Positions 11,760-23,835 of a stretch of DNA of 64,000 nucleotides are shown piece after piece. The stretch is from Azolla caroliniana (Eukaryota > Plantae > Polypodiophyta). Positions within the stretch are counted from its first letter, which is position 1, and each line of letters starts with the position of its first letter. The notes beneath the pieces are model-generated. The model saw nothing but the letters and a program-made list of their open reading frames with translations, did not search any database and had not been told where the DNA came from. The stretch is from NCBI GenBank assembly GCA_043228905.1, contig JBHGNT010000020.1:1674001-1738000 (forward strand). The letters run 5' to 3'. Both the position numbers and the translations under genes were made by a program.

Positions 11760-13357
11760 TGTCATGATGTTTTCGACAAATAGTGTGAAACCACCCTCAA
11801 AAGAGAATAAAATAGTGGTCCAAATAAACTAATTTTCTTAAGTCAATTATAGTAATAAATGAAAGGATAAAAAGTTAGAAGAGGTTTTCGAAAGTAGACA
11901 AAAATACAGAAAAAGATGGGAAAAGAAAAGCTAGCCGTGGATATGAGGAGCAAGGTCAAGTAAAAAGCTCATATTTTCCTCATCAAATGTCCAAATTAGA
12001 AAAGAAAAGATGCATAAGAAAGCTAACCTAAAGAGCTTTCCAAGAGTATCTTGCATGTGAAATTTGAGGCTAGAAAATAGAAATAGTGAGGAAAAGAAAA
12101 GTCAACTCATATAGACAAGCTTTTTTTAGGGGAAAAAGGCAAGCAATCCTAAACCTATAAATAAGAGCCTATTCTAGTGAAGAAGGGGGGGAGGGAGAAG
12201 GAACGCAGAAGCTCTACTCAATTAGAAGGATCAACAACATCGAGAGGTGTCATCAATGAAGAAACTCCTTCTATACTCCACTCTCTTCTTTCCTCCACCG
12301 CTCTTCCCCCATTCCTTTATAAACAATCCTTCATATTCGCATCCAACCCATTGTAACATGATTCTTATATTATAAAAGAATCTATTATATTGATATAAAC
12401 TAATGTTTTCATTCATCTACCTGTCTTATGTGTAAATCTTGATTGTGCTTATTTGTTATCGTCATTGATGCTTATTTGTTTGTGTGTCTTGTGACAAGGG
12501 AGCGTTTCGGGCTTGCCCATGCACCTCTCCTTTCACAAAGGCATTCAAACCTACGTGTCTTATATGTTATCGTCATTTGTGCTTATTTGTTTGTGTGTCT
12601 TGTGAAAAGGGAGCATTTCAGGCTTGCCCATGCACCTCTCCTTTCACAAAGGCATTCAAACTTACGTGTCTTGCGTGTTAGTGTAAATCTTACTTGTGTG
12701 CTTGTGCAACTTGTGGCAAGGGAGCGTTCGGGCTTGCCCATGCACCTCTCCTTTCATAAAGGCGTTCAAAATTGTGTCTCCCGTGTTAGTGTAAATCTTG
12801 CTTGTGTGTTCATGCGACTTGTGGCAAGGGAGTTTTTGGGCTTTGCCCATGCACCTCTCCTTTCACAAAGACGTTCGAAATTGTGTCTCCCATGTGTAAA
12901 CCTTGCTTGTGTGTTCGCCTGTCTTGTAACAAGGGAGTGTTCGGGTTTGCCCATGCACCTCTCCTTTCACAAAGGCATTTGAAACTCTGTCTCTTGTGTG
13001 TGTAAGTAAGCCTTTTCCTTGTGTGTTCGCGTGTCTTGTAACAAGGGAGCGTTCGGGCTTGCCCATGCACCTCTCTTTTCACAAAGGCATTCAAAACTCT
13101 GTCTCTCGTGTGTGTAAGTAAGTCTTTTCCTTGTGTGTCCATGTGTAAGCCTTCCTCACATGCATTCATTCGCCTTGTGACTAGGGGTTGATTCGGGCTT
13201 GCCCATGCACCTCTCCTTTTCATAAACACGTTCGAATACTCGTGACTTGTTTGTGTAAGGCTTCCTTGTGGTGTGTGTGTGAGCCCTATTTCCTTCTCGT
13301 CCATAACCCTGGTTGCTCCGCTTCACGATCTGCACATAGTGACGGATTTTCACGACA
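11760..13357 (+). mobile_element. Non-coding TG...CA element copy 3 (same termini, different interior)
   Basis: Starts TGTCATGATGTTTTCGACAAATAGTGTGAAA and ends GTGACGGATTTTCACGACA; TSD GCGT/GTGT; removing it restores gag DPKD-A-DYSTWE; TATA CTATAAATA near 12155. Confidence 0.85.
12470..13235. repeat. About 7 tandem units of ~105-140 bp with core GGGCTTGCCCATGCACCTCTCCTTTCACAAAGGC
   Basis: Core recurs at about 12515, 12626, 12736, 12845, 12949, 13061 and 13201. Confidence 0.9.
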
Positions 13358-14084
13358 GTGTCCTTCGGGTCGGGCCAATTTTCTTGTGCTCCTTTGATGT
13401 AGCTCCAATAGCCTTGGCCGACAGGGTATTGGTGCATCTTGTACTCCCAAGATGCGAAGTCGTTTCGGTCTAACTTCTCGCTAGGGAGAGCGCTCCCCAT
13501 TTAAGTATTCATTGTCGATGAAGCTTTCTTTCTTCTTTTCCTTCTCTCTCGAACACGAGCTATGTAGTCACACTACGATGGCGATGAACCGGTTCTTCTC
13601 GAACTTCGACATAGAACACAACACACACGGATGGTCTAGATCGAGCTACCAAACCACTCTGATACCATGTAAAGAATCGGGTATGATTCTTGTGTAGCGG
13701 AAGAGATGTGTGTTATGTGTATGTGTGAGAGGAAAGAGAGAAGAGAAGAGAAACACAAGATAGATAAGATAGAACGAGAACACAATGAAGTACTCAAGAA
13801 GAAGATGTATATTCACAAGTAAAGTAAGAGATACAAAAATGTAGCATTACAAGGAGTCACAACCCTCTCTCTTCATTAACTAACTACAACAACCACTCTC
13901 TTGGGGAATGTGGAGACCCATTAGTCATGGGGAATATGAAACTCATTAGTTATGTGTCATAGAATATGATTCTATGACACATAGTTAATGTGTAGAGAGT
14001 GGTATGTCTCTTGACCTTTGAGTGCTCATAGATGCTCAAAGGGTGTGTTCACACACAATGTTAGGTTGAGCTTGATTCTCAACA

Positions 14085-14437
14085 AGTTATCATGCTTCTA
14101 TTGTATGGGGATGATGTAGTGCTTTTAACAAATACTTTAGGAGATGCGCAAAAGCTTATGAGGGCATTGGAAGAGTTTCGCATGCATATTAAATTAAGTG
14201 TCAACAACTCTAAAATAAAGAGTATGCTTGTGAAGAGCCAAATAATAATAAATCATGCATTATGTACAATGATGAGTCAATTAAAAGTGTGAAAAGCTTC
14301 AAATACATTGGCCTTTAAGTTCCTTCCAATCATAGATTGAATCAATGTGCTACCCATTGCTTAGATGTAGGAAAGAGCATCTATTATACATTTGAGAACA
14401 TATGGAATCATTGAGAAATTAAGTGTTAGGTTCTCAA
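14085..14437 (+). pseudogene. Old RTE-X-like LINE RT fragment, the target of Copia-1 and of LINE copy 1
   Basis: MLLLYGDDVVLLTNTLGDAQKLMRALE, a diverged match to 34650-34995. Confidence 0.85.
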
Positions 14438-14451
14438 TCGATTCTAATCCA

Positions 14452-15234
14452 ATGGACAAAATGCTTATGAGTCACTTGATTTCTCTTCAAGAAACCATAA
14501 ACAAGCAAGGTGACGAGATTAGTACGTTAATGAAAGAGAATACTAAGCTCCAAAGTGTTGTCATTGAGAATGAAAGGCTTAAACAAGTGGTTGCAAAACT
14601 TCAAGAAGAGATTCAAGAATGTAAAAGAGCTTCTTTTGAAACAAATGAGTGCCTTAACAAGATTGAGTTAAAGGAAGCATTAAAAGAAGAAAAATTGGAC
14701 ACGATGAGGCGGGATGTAAGTGAGATGAAAAATGTATGTACAACGAAGTCATGGGCTGATGTATGTGGTGGGGATGTGCTATCAAACTCATCTAATATGC
14801 ATGTGATGCATCAAGATAAGAATATAGAAAGCATAGATGTCCGAGAATTGAAAGAACGTGAACGACGATCAAAGAACATTGTCGTCTATGGGATTAAAGA
14901 AGAGAGTATGGAAACACCCGCATCCCTTGGAAAGGCCATTGGTGAATTTTTTAGCATGCATTATGGGATGTCAGATGTGAATGTATATGGGGCACATCGA
15001 GTTGGGAAACATGGTGTTACTCACTCCAGAGAAAGGCCTATTGTATGCACAATGACAGATGATACAAAGCGGCGAATCATACTCGAAAATAGTTGGGTAT
15101 ACCTCAAAGGTACACAATGCTTTGTGAGTGAAGATCGTACTATCTCACAACAAAAAGCTTGTCGTAAATCATATGAAGAAAGATTCAAAAACAAGGTTAA
15201 GGATGTGCCTAAAGATGGAACTGTAGGCAAATAG
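14452..15234 (+). CDS. LINE ORF1p (coiled coil plus RRM/CTD-like region), N-truncated
   Basis: Heptad-rich region, then ERERRSKNIVVYGIKE, AHRVGK, RPIV, SEDRT. Confidence 0.82.
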   Translation: MDKMLMSHLISLQETINKQGDEISTLMKENTKLQSVVIENERLKQVVAKLQEEIQECKRASFETNECLNKIELKEALKEEKLDTMRRDVSEMKNVCTTKSWADVCGGDVLSNSSNMHVMHQDKNIESIDVRELKERERRSKNIVVYGIKEESMETPASLGKAIGEFFSMHYGMSDVNVYGAHRVGKHGVTHSRERPIVCTMTDDTKRRIILENSWVYLKGTQCFVSEDRTISQQKACRKSYEERFKNKVKDVPKDGTVGK

Positions 15235-15240
15235 GGACAC

Positions 15241-18200
15241 GTGATCTATGAGACTAACCCACGCCTTTTACGACTATGCTTTTGGAATTGCAATGGATAC
15301 CCATGGAATGCGGGATTTGGCATAGAGGAGTTCACCAATGACTCGGATATCACACTTCTTGTTGAAACATGGGAGCATGATACTCAAAGGATTCAAGGTT
15401 TAGGAAACTATAATGTACACTCTTTGATATGGAAGAAAAATCCAAGACAAAGAAGAGGACAAGGAGGGGTGGCATGTTTGATTAAGAAGGAAATAGAGAA
15501 ATATGTGTCAATCATAAAAAATGATGAAAATAAATGCTACATATGGCTCAAAATAGAAACACCTAATGATTTGCCCACTTTTGTAGTTGGATGTTACATT
15601 CATCATCAAGATTCTAACTTTTATGCTTGTTTGGATAAAGATCAACCGTTTGCCAATCTAGAAGATGATATTGCTTATTTCAAATCCAAAGGGGAAATTA
15701 TTGTCTTTGGTGACATGAATGATCGTACAAGAAGTTTCCAACTTGATTCACAAGAATCTTTCATGCCACATATGCAAATGTATAACCGCTCTTCTAGCGA
15801 TGAAAAAGATCCAGACCAATTTGGGAAGTTACTTCTACAAATGTGCAATAGTACCGGATTGCTTATTGCAAATGGTATTTCCTTATGGCCCAACACTAAT
15901 GGTTTTACATGTAGAAAACACAACGGAAATAGTGTGATTGACTATGTGCTACTTTCCGAAGGTATTTTGGATCGTATACATAAATTCTCACTTGGTGAAT
16001 GGACACCGGAATCAGATCATAGGCCTTTATGTATTGATCTCAAATGTATGCATAGGTTTGATTGTGAGAAGGCTATTGAAGATAATAAACAACCACACTT
16101 GAGCATGAACCTTAAGCGAGCACCCATGTATTCCAAGATGGTTGAGGATATGTTACAAATGACAAAGATACAACATGGTGCCACACTAGAATGCAAATGG
16201 GAAGCTTTCAAGAAAGTCATTCTCTCATGTACAAACAAATGTTTTTCGACCAACCGCACATCTTGGAAGTGCACCAAGAAACTTAGGAAAAAATGGTTTG
16301 ATAAAGAATGTCGTGAAGCTCGAAAGTGCCTTATGGTTTTGGATGTAGTTAAGGATAAAGAGAATTACCAAAAGCATTTGCATGAGTATAAAAGGCTTAT
16401 TCAAAGAAAGAGAAGAATATGGGAAGTTACTCAACAATTTATCCAAACGCAAGAGAAAGCACATGCATGTGCTAAATTTTGGGGAAATCTAAAGGGAAAA
16501 CGTGTTGAGAGTTATGGTGACTTAACTCTTCATGACTTGTCTATGCATTGTAAGAATTTATATGAGTTATCTCTTGCCGGAAAGATGATGTGTTATGGTT
16601 CTCTTTCACATATGCCTCCCTTCTTTACAATTGAAGATATATGCATAGGACTTAAGAAATTGGCCTCTCGTAAGGCAAGCGATCTTCAATGTATAAAGGC
16701 TGAAATGCTCAAATGGACGGGAAAGGAAGCACATATATGGATAAGCGATATGTTTAATGATGCATTGCAACATGGTATGTCGTACGATTGGACTACAAAT
16801 TGGATCAAACCTTTACATAAAGGTGGAGATATAAATAATGTAAACAACTATCGAACCATCATGGTTGGCTCATTAATGGCAAAACTATTTGGATGTATAA
16901 TGGAATCAAAGATAAGTGTATGGGCTGAAAAAAGTGGTAAGAGAGCTTATGGACAAGCTGGCTTTCGGAAACACCATAGCACCATTGATCACCTTATCAC
17001 CCTTCGAGTATTAATGGAGGAAAGTCGCCTTAGAGGTAAAGGTTTATATTGTTGCTTTGTAGATTTCAAGAAAGCTTTTGATATGGTACCTCGTGAGCAT
17101 CTTTGGAGGCGAATGGAAGAACTTGAGGTGCCAAGTGAATATATGCTTGCAATTTCCCAAATTTATGAGAAGGTTATAGGTTGTGTGCGCATGAGAGATA
17201 AACTTTCAGATTTTTTCAAAAGCACTATTGGTGTTAAGCAAGGATGCCCACTCTCACCAACACTATTTGGTCTATGCATTGATGAATTTGGAAGAAATGG
17301 TTACCAAGTTTGTAAAGGAAGAATGTGTTGAAGAAGTTGCCATTGGGAATGTTGTAATTATGCTTTTGCTATATGCAGATGATGTAGTGCTTTTTGCAAA
17401 TACTTTAGGAGATGCATAAAAGCTTATGAAGGCATTGGAAAAATTTTGCATGCATACTAAATTAAGTGTCAATAGCTCTAAAACAAAGATTATGCTTGTG
17501 AAGAGCCAAAAAAGAGATAAACCATGCATTATGTACAACAATGAGCCACTTGAATGTGTGGAAAGCTTCAAATATCTTGGCCTTGAAGTTCCTTCAAATC
17601 ATAGATGGAATGAATGTGCTACACGCCGCTTAGAGGCGGGCAAGCGAGCATACTATGCATTTGAGAACACATGCAATCTTGGAGATATTAAGTGTTGGGT
17701 CCTCAAGAAATATCTTTTCGACACTTTGGTGACACCGGTTCTTCTCTATGGGGTGGAAGTATGGGGCGGTAGTATCCCTAAATCTATGTGGAAAGAGTTT
17801 GAAAATGTCCAGAAGCATTTTCTTACCAAGTTTCTACAAGTTAAGAAACAAACGCCCTACACCCTCCTCCTCCTTGAGACGGGATCGCTTCCCATTGAGA
17901 TCATGGCCATGGAAAGGGTTGTTGAATACATGCTTAAGGTTCAAAAAAGCCCCTCGCATCGACTTCCTAGAATTGCGTGGGAAGCAAGCAAAAACATCCA
18001 AAAGACGCATAAAAGCAAAATTTTATGTTCCGGTTGGATGCAAGATATAGAAAAATGGTTTGGTAGATGGGATGTGAAACACTTGCTTCATGATGCATCA
18101 TTAGATTCCTCTATAAATGAGGCATTTTTGCAACGCCAATGTATCATGACATGGGACAAATGTGGAGGCTCATGCTTCACACATTATACTACACATGTTG

Positions 18201-18594
18201 CACCTAACTACAAAACCATATTCTTTGCGGAACGGGGAAATCGTACACATCCATACATGTTAGAGCCCATACTATTATCTGCCATTCGAACCATTGCTTC
18301 CATACGACTTAGCTCACATGCATTGTGATGTGAAACAGAGCGTTGGGGTACAAGTGATGAGAGTGGTCGGCTATGCACACTTTGCCCTAAACAAGTTCGC
18401 GAGTCTAAGTATCACACTTTGATACAATGCTCTGCCTTTGATCATATTCGACCATGCTTTCCACATCTCTTCGATCGAGCCCAATCTTTGCATGAATTCC
18501 TCTCACAACCACAATGTGCACTCTCGATTGCAACATTCATTGGTAAAGTTCTTGAACATCGAGAGTCACTACTCACTTTCACACATATCACGTG
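15241..18594 (+). pseudogene. LINE ORF2 (APE endonuclease, RT, C-terminal CCHC), disrupted
   Basis: WNCNG, GDMN, SVIDY, SDH; QAGFR, FVDFKKAFD, GVKQGCPLSP, LLYADD. Confidence 0.92.
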
Positions 18595-21500
18595 AAATGT
18601 AATATTTTTGGTCTTATAGGTCATATTTGACCTCCGAAGATGATAATATAATCTATCTATCTATCTCTCATTAGAAAATTCTTTCAATGCCAAACTAATA
18701 ACCACCAATGCTAGTGCCCAATCATTTGGTAAAGCTTTGTAAAGTGAGTGGATTCGCCATTGTTTTGATTATCACCAATTTATTAACATTCGAATTGTTT
18801 ACGCATAATTAAATGATTAGCCAATATATACAATTTGAGTGCATTTAACTATTTGTTGAGAATGCAGAGTAAGAGCATGTTGAAGTGGTATGCACTTTGT
18901 ATGCTATGTACTAGCTCTATTTTAATGTCGACAATAACATGGAAAGCAAATTTGGATCACAATAATGTCAAACTATCAAAAAATAAAGGTTATCGAAATG
19001 ACTACACCGTCACTCATAAGTTGTAATGGAATAATAAAAAAATGTTTAACTTCCTTGACCAGAGAGTCCCACTCTCTCTACTTGATGAATAAATCCATAA
19101 AAAACTATTCTCACTTTTGTTTGAATTTGCAGCATTCAATATTGTGTTTCCTTTTTCTAAGGCTTAGCATGAGATCCTTATGATTTACACCACCCTTTAC
19201 AAGGGTACATGTTTAATATATTGTGACAATTCTCAATAAGTTTATTGTGATCCTCCGAACAAAGAGCAACTATCTATTCATAACATTAACTATGGGAATT
19301 ACTATAGAAGCATATGCTTTGAATACTTGAGGAAACATGGTTATATTCACTCTCAAACTTCTTGTATAGAAAAGAAACTTGATCCGGTCATGACTTGTTA
19401 TCACTCTTTAAAACTTGTGTGATAGGGAAGGCAAAGCTCAACAAAGGCATCATTAGCGTGAATAATTAATTGAGGATGTTAATATCTCCTACAAATATCC
19501 AATTAGATGTTACTACACCAATATCTCTAGTAGATGACCAAGACAACCTATCCAGTCTAGAACTCAAAGGGGAACAATGGGTGTGACCACATTATATGAC
19601 ATTGATATTTCCAAATAAATAACTACACTGATGTGCCCAACCTAGACTTCATTGGGGACCTCGATTGTGAATACACATTAAATGGAAGAATGAGCCTCTT
19701 TCCTTGATACTTCCACATTTCTTTTGTTATTATTTTAATTTCATTTTAACACTAAACCATTCATTGGAATCCACTTGACGAAGCGATCACGAAATTTCAA
19801 TGGGAATTTGATTTGGATTTTTTAGATTTTTATTCGAAAAGTAACTTGGCACAATTCATTACTACCAACCTCCATGAATCAAGTTAATAACTCTTACGAA
19901 ATGCTTTCCTATGTGAGTTGAGCTCCAACTAATGTATCATATTGTCCCTTGTATGTATCGTCTATATTAAATTGACGAGCACATTTCAACTCCATGAATG
20001 CAAAATGTTACTTATCCTGTTATAGCAATAAGAAAAAGGAAATCATTATAAATTTCATATGAAGCATTATTTTGGTTTAGTTGCTTATTTTCTTTCCGGG
20101 TCATAATGTGCACAATTAATTGTAATGTCCACTAGGAAATGCTTGAGCATTGAGAATCATGTATCAATGCCACACATACTACATGAACATGTTGCACTTA
20201 GGACCCATATGCATAAAATAATATCTATTTTTAATCCAAACCTCCATCGCCAAAAAACGACTTCCTCTCAAAGTCATTTGCAAAAATAAATCATATTATT
20301 ATAAAATTTGTCAATCCTAACATCGTTCATTCAGTAAATGATTTATCATTTATCCTACACTCTCAATATGGAGCCTATTCCAACACTCTTCAACCCACAT
20401 TCCCACTTCATCATTCTTCCAAAACTCTCATACCCACAAAATGCCACTTTGGTGTGACATAATAAAAAATTCTACTAATGTTCGCGAAATTCCAACCAAG
20501 GTTTCGAAAAGAGATGATAAAGAAAGTGAAAGGGTTGAACTTCAATCAAAGACCGGAGTGTTAGATGTTTGGCTTCACATCACAAATGTTGCATGTTTGA
20601 TCAATATATCCGCATTAAGCTATGCAAGAAGGGGTGTTTAGGTGTAGAGTGTATGCCAAGACATATAATGGTAAATGTGCAAAACTTCTCTTGATGGCAT
20701 ATTTTCACATGACTCTAAATCACATCAATTATCTATTGCAAAAGAATATATCGTCCCCTACATACATGTCTGTATCTCCAACAACTAGAGGAAACACACA
20801 ATTTTGTAAACTTGCTTCAATTTTATCTAGGATAAGTTCTTCCATTTCTTAGAAGATTGGAATTTGGATTACCATTATAGAGAACTACCCTTTTGATGGA
20901 GTGCAAACTTTAAGATACGAAAGCGATGGATTGATTTTTTTAGCTCATGGAACTGGGATTTGACATGGTTGTGAAACTCGTAATATAAAGGGAAATTCAA
21001 AAAAATCAAGGAATAATAGATAGTAAACTTTTTATATTGGTTAGGTGGCAAGCTATAAATTTGTATTTTATCCGATTTTATGTTAAGCATTCAATGTAGA
21101 AGATAGATGGATATGTCTCTTAATACGACACTACAATTTATTGATATATGACACCCTTCTAAGACCATTCCAGCAAAAAACAATCTATTGATATGCAATA
21201 CAACCTTCTAGAATAGTCATAACTCAGACGTTTGCATGCATGACCTTATGGGTTTATCAACTATAAGCCAATGCTGAACAAATCCAAGTTTAATGTAGCT
21301 ACACGTACATTTTGACTGAAGCCAACGATGCGGTTTATCTAGAATGGTTGGATATGAGATTACGTTGATGTGGTGGCACAAATGTTTGTGTTGAGAAACC
21401 ATGGGACAATGTGGAATAAATGTAAAAAAAGGCAAAAAAACCACAAAGCATGAGTAATAAAATGCATGGTTAGTCAACAATAATATATTTAGAGATCACA

Positions 21501-21899
21501 TGGTACATTATTTGTTTTCATTCGTTCCTTGTAAAAGTTTTTAGTATAAGTTACTTGAACACCAAAAATACTCCCTACTTGCTTTGAGAAACCATTTTGT
21601 CTTCACATGTCCACATACTCATCGTAAACCTGTCTGGTGCTAAAAGCAATGCACATGCCGAAAGTTTGCAATGCTTGATTGGGCCTAAATGGACAAAACT
21701 GGGGATTTAATTAATGCTATTTAACATTCCAAATTTGCAAATATTGGGCAAAAAATTAATTTGAAACCGAATGTGACTTTTTAGTACTTGGAAGTTAGTA
21801 ATCCAAATGACTTGATATTAAATTCTACTTCGCGAGTCGCATGTCTACCAAACCCCCACTCTCTCTAGATTTTGCTCCTTAGTTTCAGGTTCAAACCAA

Positions 21900-22400
21900 A
21901 TCGTGCATTTCATGTTCGTGATCCGACGCGGGTTTCTATCTTTTGTCTGTACAACATCAACATGGGAAATGTATTCCCGACATCATGTAAAACTCTCTTC
22001 TTGAGCAACAACTCATTGAAGACTTCCATTTGCTCTTCACTGATGAGGTGTTATGAATTTCAAGACATGTTTGATGCACATGGAAGAAGAAGGTGCAGTG
22101 TGTCAAACATGTCATAAAAGTTATAACTCATGGGACACTTCAATCTACGACAAATGTTAGGTTTTCTTGTCAATGCTTGCCCATCAATTACATTATGATC
22201 TATTTTGATATAAAGAAGGCACTCCATGTGGAAAGCAAACTCATTCAATACATATCTATGGTTTGTGACAAGGATACTTAGTGAACATGGTGGTACAGAT
22301 TCCATAAAAGTTTCTAACAACCAAACAATGCATGTGTCAATACGGTTCCAACTAGCGTTATCACAACCAAATGCAAATTTATGTTGAAAAGGCACGTTAA
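21900..22400 (-). pseudogene. Possible highly decayed hAT-type transposase remnant
   Basis: Only GCDNASWN (cf. hAT TDNAxN) and a downstream PCA... motif; weak support. Confidence 0.25.
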
Positions 22401-22829
22401 AAGCTAGATATGCTTCATATGAAAAGGTGGACCGATAATCGAGCTAGCACAAAATCACTTGTTGCACAAAACTAGGGTGAACGTTAGATGACAGTTTGGA
22501 CGTAAAAAACGTGAAAACAAATGTGTAGCGGGTTGCTGCAAAGTCGTTTGGATGAAAAGAACACTCAAGCAAACAAGCAAGAAAGATCCCATGAGGATCA
22601 AGCCCCGCAAGGCCTAGGAACACAAACAAACACACACAAAAAGTGCACCTCTTTCCTCCACGCTTTTCCGTTGCCTCATGATTCAGAGGTTGTTAAGCCT
22701 CATGCCTATTCGGGCATTGGGAATCGTTCGACGTAGACGTGGATGATGCCAGAGGTTGCACCCAAGCCCAAGCCAAGGCACCATAGAAGCTCGTGGGCTC
22801 ATTAACGTAGTTGTGTGTGTGGGTGTCCT

Positions 22830-23148
22830 TACGACACACACACACACATGCACGCACATGACACACAACCCACACACACGACCCCGACATGTAGACACAA
22901 ACACACCCACACCCACACACAGAGACAAACACAAACACAAACACAAACACAAACACAAACACAAACACAAACATAGACATAAACACAAACACAAACAAAC
23001 ACAAACACAGACGTAGACACAAACATAGACATAGACACAGACATAGACATAGACATAAACACAGACACAGACATAAACACAGACATAGACATAAACACAG
23101 ACACAAACACGAGCACAGGGACAGAGACATAGACATAGACACATACAC
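22830..23148. repeat. Compound hexamer microsatellite (ACAAAC/ACATAG/ACACAG)n with (AC)n
   Basis: Directly visible. Confidence 0.92.
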
Positions 23149-23377
23149 AGAGCTTGTGGCCGATGGGTTAACTATTGGAGGAGCTTGTGGACAATCACAT
23201 TCCACGCATGGTGGTGCCGACCGAGCACAACACATTGGTCTTGCCAGGCCAGTGGCCAGGCCACAGGAACCCAAGTCAAGATTAGTGGTGGGTAGTGGTA
23301 CTATTGCTAAGTACATATTGGGTGGTATGTAGTTGATAGATGGGTGTAAGTATGTAATGCTTCCTCAAGATCTTTTC

Positions 23378-23383
23378 TTCTCT

Positions 23384-23421
<38 letters not shown>

Positions 23422-23520
23422 ACGCTTCCACCACTTGCTGCTCTGCACCCAAACCAACCCTAACCCTAACCCTAACCCTAACACCTCCCTACCTCCTCTT
23501 GTATCCCCCCCCCCCCCCCC
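23378..23520 (+). promoter_or_regulatory. Probable proximal promoter or 5' leader of the F-box gene: (CT)n tract, (TAACCC)x4 telo-box-like repeat, poly-C
   Basis: (CT)n at 23378-23418, ACCCTAACCCTAACCCTAACCCTAAC at 23457-23482, 300-450 bp upstream of the ATG. Confidence 0.45.
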
Positions 23521-23835
23521 TCCTCCTCCCATCTGAATTTCACCTTCTCTGCACCCCCTCCCCACCCAAAAAGAAACCCTCACAGAAGCAGGCTCCGAAT
23601 TCTGACTGCCCATATCAAATCGGAAGACCTCTAGCGCGCTCCGGTGAATCGATCGGCGGGCTCAATCCAAATCGTGGACTCGGGAAAGGACCCTTTGTTA
23701 TCTGTTTCCCGTTCAAGCACAGCCTGTGAAGGAAGGGGTCTGTAACTTCAAGAAGAACAAGAACAAGAGAGAAGAAGGGGGGGACAGAAGAATCGTCGAT
23801 AGGAAGGAAGAAAAGAACAGAAAAAGGAAGAGGTA

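Larger units (their letters stand above)
10414..13500 (-). pseudogene. Copia-1 gag, zinc knuckle, protease and GAG-pre-integrase, split by the insertion at 11760-13357
   Basis: MGSALPSEKLDRNDFASWEYKMHQY, YTLKIKELCDAL, WFVDYGALNHM, LWHKRIDHIN, GKQHRH. Confidence 0.88.
298..14084 (-). mobile_element. Ty1/Copia LTR retrotransposon 'Copia-1', decayed and multiply interrupted; 3' LTR outside the window
   Basis: 5' LTR 13668-14084 (TGTAAAG...CTCAACA), PBS rc 13657-13667, then gag, zinc knuckle, PR, GAG-pre-integrase, INT, RT, RNase H in Copia order. Confidence 0.9.
14438..18666 (+). mobile_element. RTE-X-like LINE copy 1, 5'-truncated within ORF1, (ATCT)n tail
   Basis: Near-identical to 31706-35960; APE and RT domains; frameshift near 17288, stops at 17417 and 18326, 21-bp deletion near 15772. 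Confidence 0.93.

Noticed and set aside
12443-13304. CRISPR array, or repeat-protein ORFs
   Set aside because: The linkers are homologous to one another, and the ORFs are by-products of a tandem repeat in a non-coding element.
14392-14451. Distinct N-terminus of ORF1 in LINE copy 1
   Set aside because: Chimeric read-in from the older LINE relic upstream of the 5' truncation point.
18700-21500. Possible ancient DNA-transposon or Helitron relic, with faint inverted similarity to 29400-30900
   Set aside because: No convincing motifs, TIRs or TSDs by eye; needs BLASTx or RepeatMasker.
22683-23316. Cys/Val-rich ORFs (CLCLCL, VCVYV)
   Set aside because: Translations of a hexamer microsatellite.
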